Below, in pieces: positions 1-8,879 of a stretch of DNA of 64,000 bases. The notes under the pieces were generated by a model. The model worked only from the letters and a program-made list of their open reading frames with translations, was not told the DNA's origin and did no database searches. The position numbers and the translations under genes are program-made. How positions within the stretch are numbered: the first letter of the stretch is position 1; every line of letters begins with the position of its first letter. Origin of the DNA: an uncultured candidate division Zixibacteria bacterium (GTDB taxonomy: Bacteria > Zixibacteria > MSB-5A5 > GN15 > FEB-12); contig CAVTJJ010000006.1 in the NCBI GenBank assembly GCA_963735035.1, positions 480,001 to 544,000 of the forward strand. Direction: 5' to 3'.

Positions 1-681
1 ATTCTCAGGAATGTTCGTGTCCAGCAAGTAGAGCGGCACCAGACCGACATTGACTTTCCAGATTTGGATCTGAACCGGGACATTGTCCAAAACGATAGAT
101 ACCCGGATTGGGTGGTCGTTTTCATCTTTGACCAGTTGCACCGGCATGTGGTACCAGTCGTTTTCTTCGTACCGTTCCTGCTGCCAGCCGTCGGCCGACA
201 GAAACTGCCTGAAGTAGCCGTACCGGTAGAGTAGTCCGACTGCGACCATTGGCAGGCCAAGGTCCGATGCCGATTTTAGAGTGTCGCCGGAAAGGACTCC
301 CAGACCGCCGGAGTAGACGGGAAGCCCGGTATCCAAACCGTATTCCAGGGAGAAATAGATGAGGTGCTCTTTTTCATAGTCGGGGTACTTGAAATGGAAC
401 CAGCGTTCCCGAGTAAGATACTCTTGATACTGATTGTAGACCCGGTCCAGGCTGGCGATAAAAGCCTCATCCTGAGCAGCTTCTTCAAGTCGCTGTTGCG
501 GCAGCTTGGAGAGCATGAAAACCGGATTCTGGTAGCATTGCTCCCACATGTCGGCGTCGAGTCGAATAAACAGCCGAACCACATCCCAACTCCAGGAGTA
601 CCAGAGATTGTTGGCTAGTTCTTCGAGCCGGGCGAGGCGTGTGGGTAGCTTAGGAAGGACGAGAAGTTGTTTTACGCGCAT
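1..681 (-). CDS. glgP: Alpha-glucan (glycogen) phosphorylase, N-terminal part; runs off the window
   Basis: Not in the ORF track; translated by hand from ATG at 681: MRVKQLLVLPKLPTRLARLEELANNLWYSW...YFSLEYGLDTGLPVYSGGLGVLSGDTLKSASDLGLPMVAVGLLYRYGYFRQ...LYLLDTNIPEN, the conserved GT35 phosphorylase motifs. Confidence 0.93.
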   Translation of the reverse strand, partial: MRVKQLLVLPKLPTRLARLEELANNLWYSWSWDVVRLFIRLDADMWEQCYQNPVFMLSKLPQQRLEEAAQDEAFIASLDRVYNQYQEYLTRERWFHFKYPDYEKEHLIYFSLEYGLDTGLPVYSGGLGVLSGDTLKSASDLGLPMVAVGLLYRYGYFRQFLSADGWQQERYEENDWYHMPVQLVKDENDHPIRVSIVLDNVPVQIQIWKVNVGLVPLYLLDTNIPEN

Positions 682-892
682 ATGTTAGTTCCATCTAAAG
701 CCTGGCGACCTGATCCGTCAGGTCTGAGGTTATTATCGTAAGAACAAACCCGGGGACACAACAAATTCCTTTTTCTGGAACCCTTTGACCAACCCCGGCG
801 ACCAGACCTGTTTTATATACTAAAATCGGCTCATTCCGCGTAAGTTTGAGCCGATCCTAGCGTTAAAGGCAAGCTTTAGGAACTTAATTGGT

Positions 893-2038
893 ATGAAACG
901 ATCAAAAAGAGTCGGAATTCTCACCGGCGGGGGCGATTGCCCCGGTCTCAATGCGGTGATCAGTGCGATTGTCAAGACTGCAGAGCATGACTACGACTGG
1001 GAAGTAGTCGGCTTCTTGGATGGATATGAAGGGGTAGTAGAGAACCGCTACATGAATCTGGGCTTGAAGGATGTGTCAGGAATTATGGCACAGGGCGGAA
1101 CGATTCTGGGAACTTCGAACCGGGCCAACCCGTTCCGTTTCCCGGTTTTGCAGGACGAAGAGTATGTCTATCTGGATCGTTCTTCTCAGGCCTTACGGAA
1201 TTTTGAAGCCCTCGGTTTGGAGATGCTGATTGCGATCGGCGGCGACGGCACCATGGCGGCTTCAGCCGAACTGATGAACAAGGGGCTGCCGGTTGTCGGA
1301 GTGCCCAAGACCATCGACAACGATCTGCGCGGAACCGATGTCACGTTCGGTTTCGATTCGGCCCTGAGTGTAGCCACGGATGCCGTCGATCGGATACACA
1401 CTACGGCGCAGTCGCATCACCGGATCATGATTGTCGAAGTGATGGGACGTTATGCCGGGTGGATCGCACTCGGCGCGGGACTGGCTGGCGGCGGTGACAT
1501 TATTCTGATTCCCGAAGTACCGTACGATGTCGACGCGATCTGTGATCGCATCAAGGCTCGGAATTCCAGAGGCAAACGATTTTCGATAATCGTGGCCGGC
1601 GAAGGTGCAAAACCGCACGGCGGCGACATGGTGATCCAGCGGCGAGTGGCCAACTCACCCGATCCAATCCGACTGGGCGGCATATCCAACCAACTGGCGG
1701 CCCAGCTCGAAGGGCTATTGAACATCGAAGCGCGCGTAACAATCCTGGGCCACCTTCTTCGCGGCGGATCACCTACCGCCTTCGATCGGATTCTGGCGAC
1801 CCGCTTCGGAGCCGAGGCGATGCGCCAGGTCGTCGAAGGCAACTCGGGCATGATGGTCTGTCTCAAGGGCACGGACGTCTCAACCGTCCCGATTCGCGAC
1901 GTGGCCGGCAACATAAGACGAGTTGGACCGGAACATGACTGGGTGCGGACCGCTATGTCGGTCGGTATTTCGCTCGGGTTCGGCCCCGAAGTGCCGGTCG
2001 AGCAGGCTTTTGAAAATGCCACGGTGGTCAAGAGGTAG
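893..2038 (+). CDS. pfkA: 6-phosphofructokinase (PfkA family)
   Basis: GILTGGGDCPGLNAVI, GGTILGT, IGGDGT, PKTIDND, EVMGR, LGHLLRGG motifs; Gly in GGDG suggests ATP as donor. Confidence 0.93.
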   Translation: MKRSKRVGILTGGGDCPGLNAVISAIVKTAEHDYDWEVVGFLDGYEGVVENRYMNLGLKDVSGIMAQGGTILGTSNRANPFRFPVLQDEEYVYLDRSSQALRNFEALGLEMLIAIGGDGTMAASAELMNKGLPVVGVPKTIDNDLRGTDVTFGFDSALSVATDAVDRIHTTAQSHHRIMIVEVMGRYAGWIALGAGLAGGGDIILIPEVPYDVDAICDRIKARNSRGKRFSIIVAGEGAKPHGGDMVIQRRVANSPDPIRLGGISNQLAAQLEGLLNIEARVTILGHLLRGGSPTAFDRILATRFGAEAMRQVVEGNSGMMVCLKGTDVSTVPIRDVAGNIRRVGPEHDWVRTAMSVGISLGFGPEVPVEQAFENATVVKR

Positions 2039-2085
2039 CTGTATTTCTTTCCCGCATAGCGCGGCTGTCATAGGAGGCAGACGGA

Positions 2086-3471
2086 TTGATCAAACTCGCA
2101 TTTCACGGGGCGGCCGAAACGGTAACCGGTTCAAAGTATTTGGTGGAGGTCGATGGCTCATCGGTATTGGTCGACTGCGGAATGTTCCAGGGCGACCGGA
2201 CGCTCAGACAGCGTAACTGGGATGCCCCCCCTTTCAACCCCAAGACTCTTGATGCGATCATCCTGACTCACGCCCACATCGATCACCTGGGATATCTGCC
2301 GAGACTAGTGCGACAGGGTTATTCTGGGATAGTGTACGCTACCCCGCCGACCGCCGACCTGGCCGGCATTTCCCTTTTGGACAGCGCCGAGCTACAAGAA
2401 GAAGATGCGGCATGGCGCAATAAGAAGAAGATCACGCGTCACGAGACCGCTTTACCGTTGTTCACGGTTGAGGATGCCGAGAAGTCACTTCAGATGTTCC
2501 GTTCGGCTCAGTTCATGACCTGGGTAAAAGTCAGCGATAGTCTGCGGTTCCGCTATCACCCGGCCGGGCACATTCTGGGAGCGGCCGCGGTAGAGATAGA
2601 GGCACGTTCCAACGGCGATCGCAAGACGATTCTCTTCTCGGGCGATGTCGGTCGGTACGGCAATCCTCTAACAGTTGATCCGGCCGAGCCGCCGCGCTGC
2701 GACTACCTGGTTTGTGAATCCACCTATGGTGGACGATTACACGAGCCGGAGGATCCACGCGGGATGTTGATTGAGCTCATCAATGATGTCGTGAAGCGTA
2801 AGAGTGTCCTGCTGATTCCGGCCTTTGCCGTCGGACGGGCGCAGCAGATCACTTACCTCATAAATGAACTGCACCAGTACAAGCTGGTGCCGAAGATCGA
2901 TATTCATATCGACTCGCCTATGGCGGTTCTCGCGACGGACGTGTATAGGAAGTACCACGGTTTTCACGGGGTGGATACGTCGAAGTTTGAAGGCACCGAT
3001 TGTCTGCTCGACGCCGACAATGTCTTCTTGCACCGCAAGCGGGAGTCATCCAAACAGTTGAATTCGCTCAAAGGCCCGGCAGTCATTATTTCGTCCAGTG
3101 GCATGCTCACCGGGGGACGTATCATGCACCACCTGATGCTGCGTATCGGCGACCCCAACACGACTATCGCGCTGGTCGGATATATGGCGGCGGGCACACG
3201 CGGCCGACAGTTGGCCGAAGGAGCAACGGAGCTGAGCATTCATAAACAGATATTCCCGGTAAAGGCGAAAGTGGTCAATTTCCACGGTCTGTCCGGCCAC
3301 GCCGATTTCTATGAAATCCTTCACTGGCTCGAACCTATGCGGGAAGCCCCCAGGAAAGTATTCGTGACTCACGGCGAGCCCGATCAGGCCGCGGCCATGG
3401 CGCAGCATTTCACGAAAGAGCGGGGCTGGGATTGTCACATCCCGAAACTCGGAGAAACCGCCGAACTCTAA
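2086..3471 (+). CDS. MBL-fold beta-CASP RNA-processing metallo-hydrolase
   Basis: GAAETVTGS, DCGMFQG, THAHIDH, GHILG, FSGD, ESTYG, PAFAVGRAQ, SGHAD, VTHGE motifs. Confidence 0.9.
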   Translation: MIKLAFHGAAETVTGSKYLVEVDGSSVLVDCGMFQGDRTLRQRNWDAPPFNPKTLDAIILTHAHIDHLGYLPRLVRQGYSGIVYATPPTADLAGISLLDSAELQEEDAAWRNKKKITRHETALPLFTVEDAEKSLQMFRSAQFMTWVKVSDSLRFRYHPAGHILGAAAVEIEARSNGDRKTILFSGDVGRYGNPLTVDPAEPPRCDYLVCESTYGGRLHEPEDPRGMLIELINDVVKRKSVLLIPAFAVGRAQQITYLINELHQYKLVPKIDIHIDSPMAVLATDVYRKYHGFHGVDTSKFEGTDCLLDADNVFLHRKRESSKQLNSLKGPAVIISSSGMLTGGRIMHHLMLRIGDPNTTIALVGYMAAGTRGRQLAEGATELSIHKQIFPVKAKVVNFHGLSGHADFYEILHWLEPMREAPRKVFVTHGEPDQAAAMAQHFTKERGWDCHIPKLGETAEL

Positions 3472-3490
3472 ACAGATTTGAGTATATCGT

Positions 3491-4382
3491 ATGTCGTTGC
3501 ATCGAACGAAGAAGGAAAAAGACGCAATTGAAGTTCTGAAGAACTCGAAGGCGTACCGGGTGGCGTATAAAGACCTCGATTTTCTCGACAGTCCATACGC
3601 CCGCCCGTCGCGGCTTCAGCTTGAACTGCTCAAGACCGAATTCGGACTCCGCCAGCAGCAAATCAGATCGACCATCGTGGTGTTTGGCGGAACGCGCATA
3701 GTTGAACCGATCGACGCCCGCCTGCGGCTGAAACAGGCCGAGAACAGACTGAAAAAGAATCCAGGCGACCGAGAGTTGAAACGCGACCTGAAGATCGCCC
3801 AGTCGATTATGACCAAATCGGCGTTCTACGATGAAGCCAGGGAATTTGCCCGTCTGGTATCGGCCGAAGGACAAATGCGTAACGGCCATGAGTATGTCAT
3901 CGTCACCGGTGGCGGTCCGGGTGTGATGGAAGCCGCTAATCGGGGGGCGTACGATATCGGCGCCAAATCGGTCGGTTTGAACATCACTCTCCCCATGGAG
4001 CAGGAACCGAACCCGTATATCACCCCCGACCTATGTTTTCAATTCCACTATTTCGCCATTCGCAAGATGCATTTCATGCTTGCGTGCGCGGGCGCTGGTG
4101 GCATTCCCCGGCGGTTACGGCACCATGGATGAATTATTCGAAGGCCTGACACTGGTTCAGACGAAGAAGGTAGCGCCGCTTCCGATCGTCCTATTCGGCG
4201 AAGAGTACTGGCGTCGGTTGATCAATTTCGACTATCTGGTAGAGCAGGGGACAATCGCGAAGGAAGACCTGGAACTGTTCGTGTACACGGACAAAGCGCG
4301 TGACGCGTGGAACTACATCAAGTGCTTCTACGACGCCGCCGACGAGAACGGCCCAGCCGAGCGATCACTCTGGCGTCATTAG
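3491..4382 (+). CDS. LOG family (TIGR00730-like) nucleotide monophosphate nucleosidase, split by a +1 frameshift near 4080
   Basis: TGGGPGVMEAANRGA and FHYFAIRKMHF in the first ORF continue as RARALVAFPGGYGTMDELFE in the second; removing one T at 4080/4081 fuses them. Confidence 0.85.
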
Positions 4383-5176
4383 ACGCATACTATTGTTTCA
4401 GAAAAGCCTCGCTTCCGAAGGTGCTCCAGCATATGCGGCCGGAGGACCGAGTTGTCGTCGCTGGCCAGGCGACGGGCTGAATGCTCTGACCAGGAGTAGG
4501 TCCCGGCGAAATTCGGGTAGCGGGACTTTTCCACTTCGCGCCCTTCGAGAATTCCTGATTCAGTTATGATGCGATCGTATTCGGCGACGGCGCCATTGAT
4601 GACCCCATCATCGTACTTCTCCGGAAAACAGAGTCCGGCCAATGGCAATCGCGGTTTGATCTGTGCGGGTCCGGCGGGATAACCCAGGGACATACCCATC
4701 AGGGGGTAAACGAGCTGCGGGAGACTGAGAAGCTCAGCCACTTCATCGGCTTTGTTCCTAATGCCTCCAACCATCACGCCGCCAAGTCCCAACGCCTGGG
4801 CAGCCGTGAGTGCCCGATCAGCGGCCAGGGCGGCGTCGACTGTGGCGACGATGAACATCTCCGCATAATCAGTGTGGCTGGAATAGTCGCGTTGATCAGT
4901 CAACCGCTTCAGACGATAAAGATCTGCACAGAAGACCAGGAACAATGGACATGCGGCGACATGAGATTGATTGCCACAACATACTGCCAGCTTCTCTTTC
5001 GTGGTCCGGTCGCGAACAGTTATGATGGAATAGGCGTGTAGGTTGGAGGAAGTAGGGGAGCGTTCGGCGGTCGCACAAATGGTACGTTCCATTTCAGGTG
5101 TGATTGCCTGTTCAGTGAACTTTCGCACCGAGGCATGGCTGCTGAGAAACTCGATCAATTCAGAAGGTTTGGTCAT
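4379..5176 (-). CDS. NADPH-dependent flavin nitroreductase (NfsA/Frp family)
   Basis: HASVRKF, SPTSSNLHAYSII, LVFCADLYR, GGVMVGGIRN, LGYP, KPRLP. Confidence 0.9.
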   Translation of the reverse strand: MTKPSELIEFLSSHASVRKFTEQAITPEMERTICATAERSPTSSNLHAYSIITVRDRTTKEKLAVCCGNQSHVAACPLFLVFCADLYRLKRLTDQRDYSSHTDYAEMFIVATVDAALAADRALTAAQALGLGGVMVGGIRNKADEVAELLSLPQLVYPLMGMSLGYPAGPAQIKPRLPLAGLCFPEKYDDGVINGAVAEYDRIITESGILEGREVEKSRYPNFAGTYSWSEHSARRLASDDNSVLRPHMLEHLRKRGFSETIVCV

Positions 5177-5190
5177 ATCTACTTTCTACA

Positions 5191-5221
5191 AGAAGAGGCC
5201 GGGTCTTTATGACCCGGCCTC
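5191..5221 (-). terminator. Intrinsic terminator-like hairpin after the Zn-protease gene
   Basis: gaggccgggtc-tttat-gacccggcctc perfect 11-bp stem, followed by ttctt on the minus strand. Confidence 0.65.
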
Positions 5222-5266
5222 GAATATACGCTCAATCTAAAGCTGCTACAAGCTACGTGTCCTGGC

Positions 5267-7936
5267 CTAGAAGCCGAAGTAGTCGCGACGAGCGTTGCGA
5301 GCCGCTTCAATCTGACGGCTCACCTCTTTGAAGTGGGCCTTCGACATGGCATCGACCGAGGTGGAATTGGCCGCGCTCTTGGCGGCCTGGTCGAGGACGT
5401 CCAGATCGTTGGCCGCCAGGGTCAGGGCGTCGGAAGGATACACCGAGGCATTGCTGAGGTAGATGCTGATGATCCTCCTCAAATGGGCGAGCTGGAGTTG
5501 GCGACGGTAGCTGTTGACGTTACTCGGATTGATGACTTCGCCCCAGATCGCCCGGCGGACATCGGTGAAGAGATCGTACATGGTGTACTTCGGATCGCCG
5601 GTCGGAGTCTGGGTCTGGGTGTTGACCAGGCGCTGCAGAGTATACGGATGATATAGATTGTTGATGGCCGTAGCCTGAACATTCAGCACCCGCTCGTGCC
5701 AGGGAAAGGCTATCGGTGAAATATAGGCTGTGCCAAGAAAATCATCCGTCTGCACCGCTTGCAGCTTGTTGAGCAGTTCCGGCGGCAGGGCAAAAGCATC
5801 GGCCGCAAAGATCTTGTCGGCGAGGAACTGTACGGCGCGTCTCTGCTCAGCGGCGGGCACCGGCGTAAAAGGCACTGTTCCTCCGGGATCGCCAACATAC
5901 GCCTTGCTATGGTACAGGCCACCGACGTAATGCACCAGATTGCGCGCGGTCTCGATGTATGAGCGCCAGCCGCCCATGAATATTGTGCGGATCTTCTCGT
6001 AACTGACACCCGGCTTCTCGAATTCCTTGATGGCGTTATTCCACAGGTCTTGTGACATCTTGATCTTCATGTCACAGAAGGCAACGGGATCATTGCCCAT
6101 GTCGTGTCGTTCGACCAGAGGATCGACCGAGTAGCCGCTGAGATCGAAATCGGTGGCGTAGGCCAGTTCCGGCGCGCTGGTGCGCGATGCGATCTCATGG
6201 AGTTTTGTCTGCACTTCTTCCGGTGTAATCTTGCCGTACTCACTGTATCCGTACTCAACCATCAAGTCATCGTATGGACCTGGAACCGAGGCGAAGAATT
6301 CACCCTGGGGCATCCCTTTGGGGGAAATCAACGGCGGGTTGTAGTCCATGATCGTGCCGGAAGTACTGTGCTCGCGAGTGAAGTTGCGGTCGCGCAGCTG
6401 TTCGAGACTGTACACGGACGAGGCTTTGAAATTGTGCTTGAACCCAAGGGTGTGGCCGACCTCGTGAGCGATAAACTCCACCAGCGCGGAATAGACATAC
6501 ACACGTGTCAGCGAATCCTTGTTGGCAAAAGTACCTTCGGTGCTCAACAGGTAGGACAGTCCAAATGAGACATCCTCTGCCAGCTCTTCGGCATAAGTAC
6601 AGCGGCGGGGATCAATTTGAGTCTGGGCCTGGTTCTTCTCAGGCGCGGCCGCCTCATCCTGAATGTATTGGCCGTCAGGTCCGATCGGCTTGACCCACTG
6701 GTCGACAAGGTTGAACCAGAAGCGCATCAGGTCTACTGAAATACTGATATCGGCGTCGTAGATTTCGCCGGTGAAAGGGTTGGCTCGACTCGGACCAATC
6801 GCGTAGCCGGCGCCGGGGGAGACCATCCAGCGAATGGTGTTGTACCGTACGTCGAGCGGGTCCCAACTAACCGTGTCGGGCATCTGCTTGGCGATAATCG
6901 CGTTGCGAAATCCGATCTTCTCGAACGACTGGTTCCAAAATTCGACCGCTTCGGCGATCGCATCGCGATATTCAGCGGGAACGTCTTTGTCGATCCAGTA
7001 GACTATCGGTTCGACCGGCTCGGAAATCCGCGCATCGGGATTCTTCTTCTTCAGATTCCAACGTTCGATGTACCGTACGTACGGTGTCTCGGCGTCGAGT
7101 TTGGTGTAGTCCTGGTAGATCGTCTGGAAGAATCCCACCCGGTCGTCAGCCACACGAGGCACGTAGTCGGTCTTGGGTAGAGACGACAGCGAATAGTGAT
7201 AGGTGTGGAAGAAGCTCTCGCCGTTTTGGAAAGTGATGCCGGGCAGCTCATGGCTGGCGCTGAAATGCAGCTTTATGTCCAGCTCGGAGTTGTTCGGAAA
7301 CGACTTGATGGAACCATAGTAGCTGTTGGCGGCGTCGAAATTGACCCCCAGCCTTAGCATCTGTCCCAAAAAATAACCCACGTTGTCGGCGTCACGGATA
7401 AACAACTCGTCGGGCTCGACCAAGAACGCCTTGGTCGAATCTTGTTGTGGCTCCGATTTTATCGGCATAACCGCTACCAGGTGGTCCGAGATGCCTTTGC
7501 TGACCGCGTCCGCCATGCTGCTCGAACTGTCTGCTCGAAAGAGCAGGTTCTTCTCGATCATCTGGATGTTCTTGCCGACCCGTCGGAAATAGAACGGGAA
7601 AGAGCGGCCCATGGGGCCGGTGTCGTAAAGTGAACCGTCGGCCGTGCTCTTGGCTGAATTGCACAGGAAATAGGGGCCGATCTGGTCGGGCTTGATAGTC
7701 ATCAGAATGCTGTTGTCTACCGTGTCGCGGTAAAACGTGAACAGACCTTCAGTTACGACTCGATCCTTAATCAATTCCTTGAAGGGTTTGAAGCCATTGC
7801 CGGGCTTTGGCCGTCCTTTTTCGGCGTCGCCCGAACGATGCGAAGCCGAGGAATGGTCGCGAATCTGGGCGTCGACCGGATTGGTCAGGAACAGACCCAG
7901 TAGCAGAAATAAGACCGTCATTCGTCCTCTGGACAT
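5267..7936 (-). CDS. Secreted zinc-dependent metalloprotease (metzincin; EcxA/DUF5117-like)
   Basis: Signal peptide; DDRVGFF, PIVYWID, HEVGHTLGFKH zinc motif, IMDY Met-turn; ATG at 7936 preceded by GGAGGA. Confidence 0.87.
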   Translation of the reverse strand: MSRGRMTVLFLLLGLFLTNPVDAQIRDHSSASHRSGDAEKGRPKPGNGFKPFKELIKDRVVTEGLFTFYRDTVDNSILMTIKPDQIGPYFLCNSAKSTADGSLYDTGPMGRSFPFYFRRVGKNIQMIEKNLLFRADSSSSMADAVSKGISDHLVAVMPIKSEPQQDSTKAFLVEPDELFIRDADNVGYFLGQMLRLGVNFDAANSYYGSIKSFPNNSELDIKLHFSASHELPGITFQNGESFFHTYHYSLSSLPKTDYVPRVADDRVGFFQTIYQDYTKLDAETPYVRYIERWNLKKKNPDARISEPVEPIVYWIDKDVPAEYRDAIAEAVEFWNQSFEKIGFRNAIIAKQMPDTVSWDPLDVRYNTIRWMVSPGAGYAIGPSRANPFTGEIYDADISISVDLMRFWFNLVDQWVKPIGPDGQYIQDEAAAPEKNQAQTQIDPRRCTYAEELAEDVSFGLSYLLSTEGTFANKDSLTRVYVYSALVEFIAHEVGHTLGFKHNFKASSVYSLEQLRDRNFTREHSTSGTIMDYNPPLISPKGMPQGEFFASVPGPYDDLMVEYGYSEYGKITPEEVQTKLHEIASRTSAPELAYATDFDLSGYSVDPLVERHDMGNDPVAFCDMKIKMSQDLWNNAIKEFEKPGVSYEKIRTIFMGGWRSYIETARNLVHYVGGLYHSKAYVGDPGGTVPFTPVPAAEQRRAVQFLADKIFAADAFALPPELLNKLQAVQTDDFLGTAYISPIAFPWHERVLNVQATAINNLYHPYTLQRLVNTQTQTPTGDPKYTMYDLFTDVRRAIWGEVINPSNVNSYRRQLQLAHLRRIISIYLSNASVYPSDALTLAANDLDVLDQAAKSAANSTSVDAMSKAHFKEVSRQIEAARNARRDYFGF

Positions 7937-8123
7937 TATCTCCTCCAATGAGGTTAATCGTGAAAAGTGTTCTTCTTGGCACATAGATTTAGACGAGCAA
8001 AAGGGCCAGTTGATGCATTTTCAAATGTTAAAACGTAGCCGGTCTCTTGGCTTCTAAGTTGGGCGGAAGGAGTCCCATTGCTGCCGATGGCCGGGCTACT
8101 ACCCTTGGGTTCCGGGAGAAGGT

Positions 8124-8816
8124 TCACGGCTCCCCTTCCTCGTAACCTGCAGATTTCTCGTGAAGAGTTCGAAGTGGAACAAACCGTACTTCGTACAGTA
8201 CCCGCTTATCCACCTGACCGTGATCCTGCTCGACCAGAAAGAGTTGCTGGTTGCCGGGGTCGACGCCAACCGGTATGATCATCCGGCCGGTGTCGCCAAG
8301 CTGCCGAAGCAAGGCCGGGGGAATTGCCGACGCGGCGGCGGTCACTATGATGGCATCGAAAGGGGCGTTCTCGGGCCAGCCCTGCGAGCCGTCTCCCGCG
8401 ATGAAAGAAATGTTCTTATAGCCGAGTTGGCTCAGGCGCCGGACTGACTGCTCATGAAGTTCCGTGATCAATTCGATCGTGAATACCTGATCAACTAGTT
8501 CCGCCAGAACGGCCGTTTGGTAGCCGCATCCGGTGCCGATTTCGAGTACCCGGGAGTTTCTTTCAAGGTGCAACTCCTGGGTCATCGAGGCGACGATATA
8601 CGGTTGTGAAATGGTCTGATCGAAGCCGATTTCAAGCGGATGATCGCCGTAGGCCCGAGTCAGGTCTTCGTCTATCACAAACTTGTGCCGAGGTACGCGG
8701 CGCATCGCCGCCAGAACGGCCTCATTGTTGATCCCGCGACGAGTCAATTGTTCGTCGACCATCCGCAATCGCGCGGACAGGAGATCATTTTCAGATAGAC
8801 CGACATCGTGGTTCAT
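8124..8816 (-). CDS. pcm: Protein-L-isoaspartate O-methyltransferase
   Basis: VPRHKFV, QTISQPYIVA, VLEIGTGCGYQTAVLA, GDGSQGWPENAPFDAIIVTAA, VRFVPL. Confidence 0.95.
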   Translation of the reverse strand: MNHDVGLSENDLLSARLRMVDEQLTRRGINNEAVLAAMRRVPRHKFVIDEDLTRAYGDHPLEIGFDQTISQPYIVASMTQELHLERNSRVLEIGTGCGYQTAVLAELVDQVFTIELITELHEQSVRRLSQLGYKNISFIAGDGSQGWPENAPFDAIIVTAAASAIPPALLRQLGDTGRMIIPVGVDPGNQQLFLVEQDHGQVDKRVLYEVRFVPLRTLHEKSAGYEEGEP

Positions 8817-8879
8817 GTGCTTGGCGAAGATAAGACGCCGGCAGGGGAAGGAAAAGCCTTAACAGCAGGGGAAATGAGA

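Noticed and set aside
4070..4090. Programmed frameshift in the LOG gene
   Set aside because: Single extra T with no slippery heptamer or stimulatory structure; the same error type occurs in the EF-G gene, so a sequencing indel is more likely
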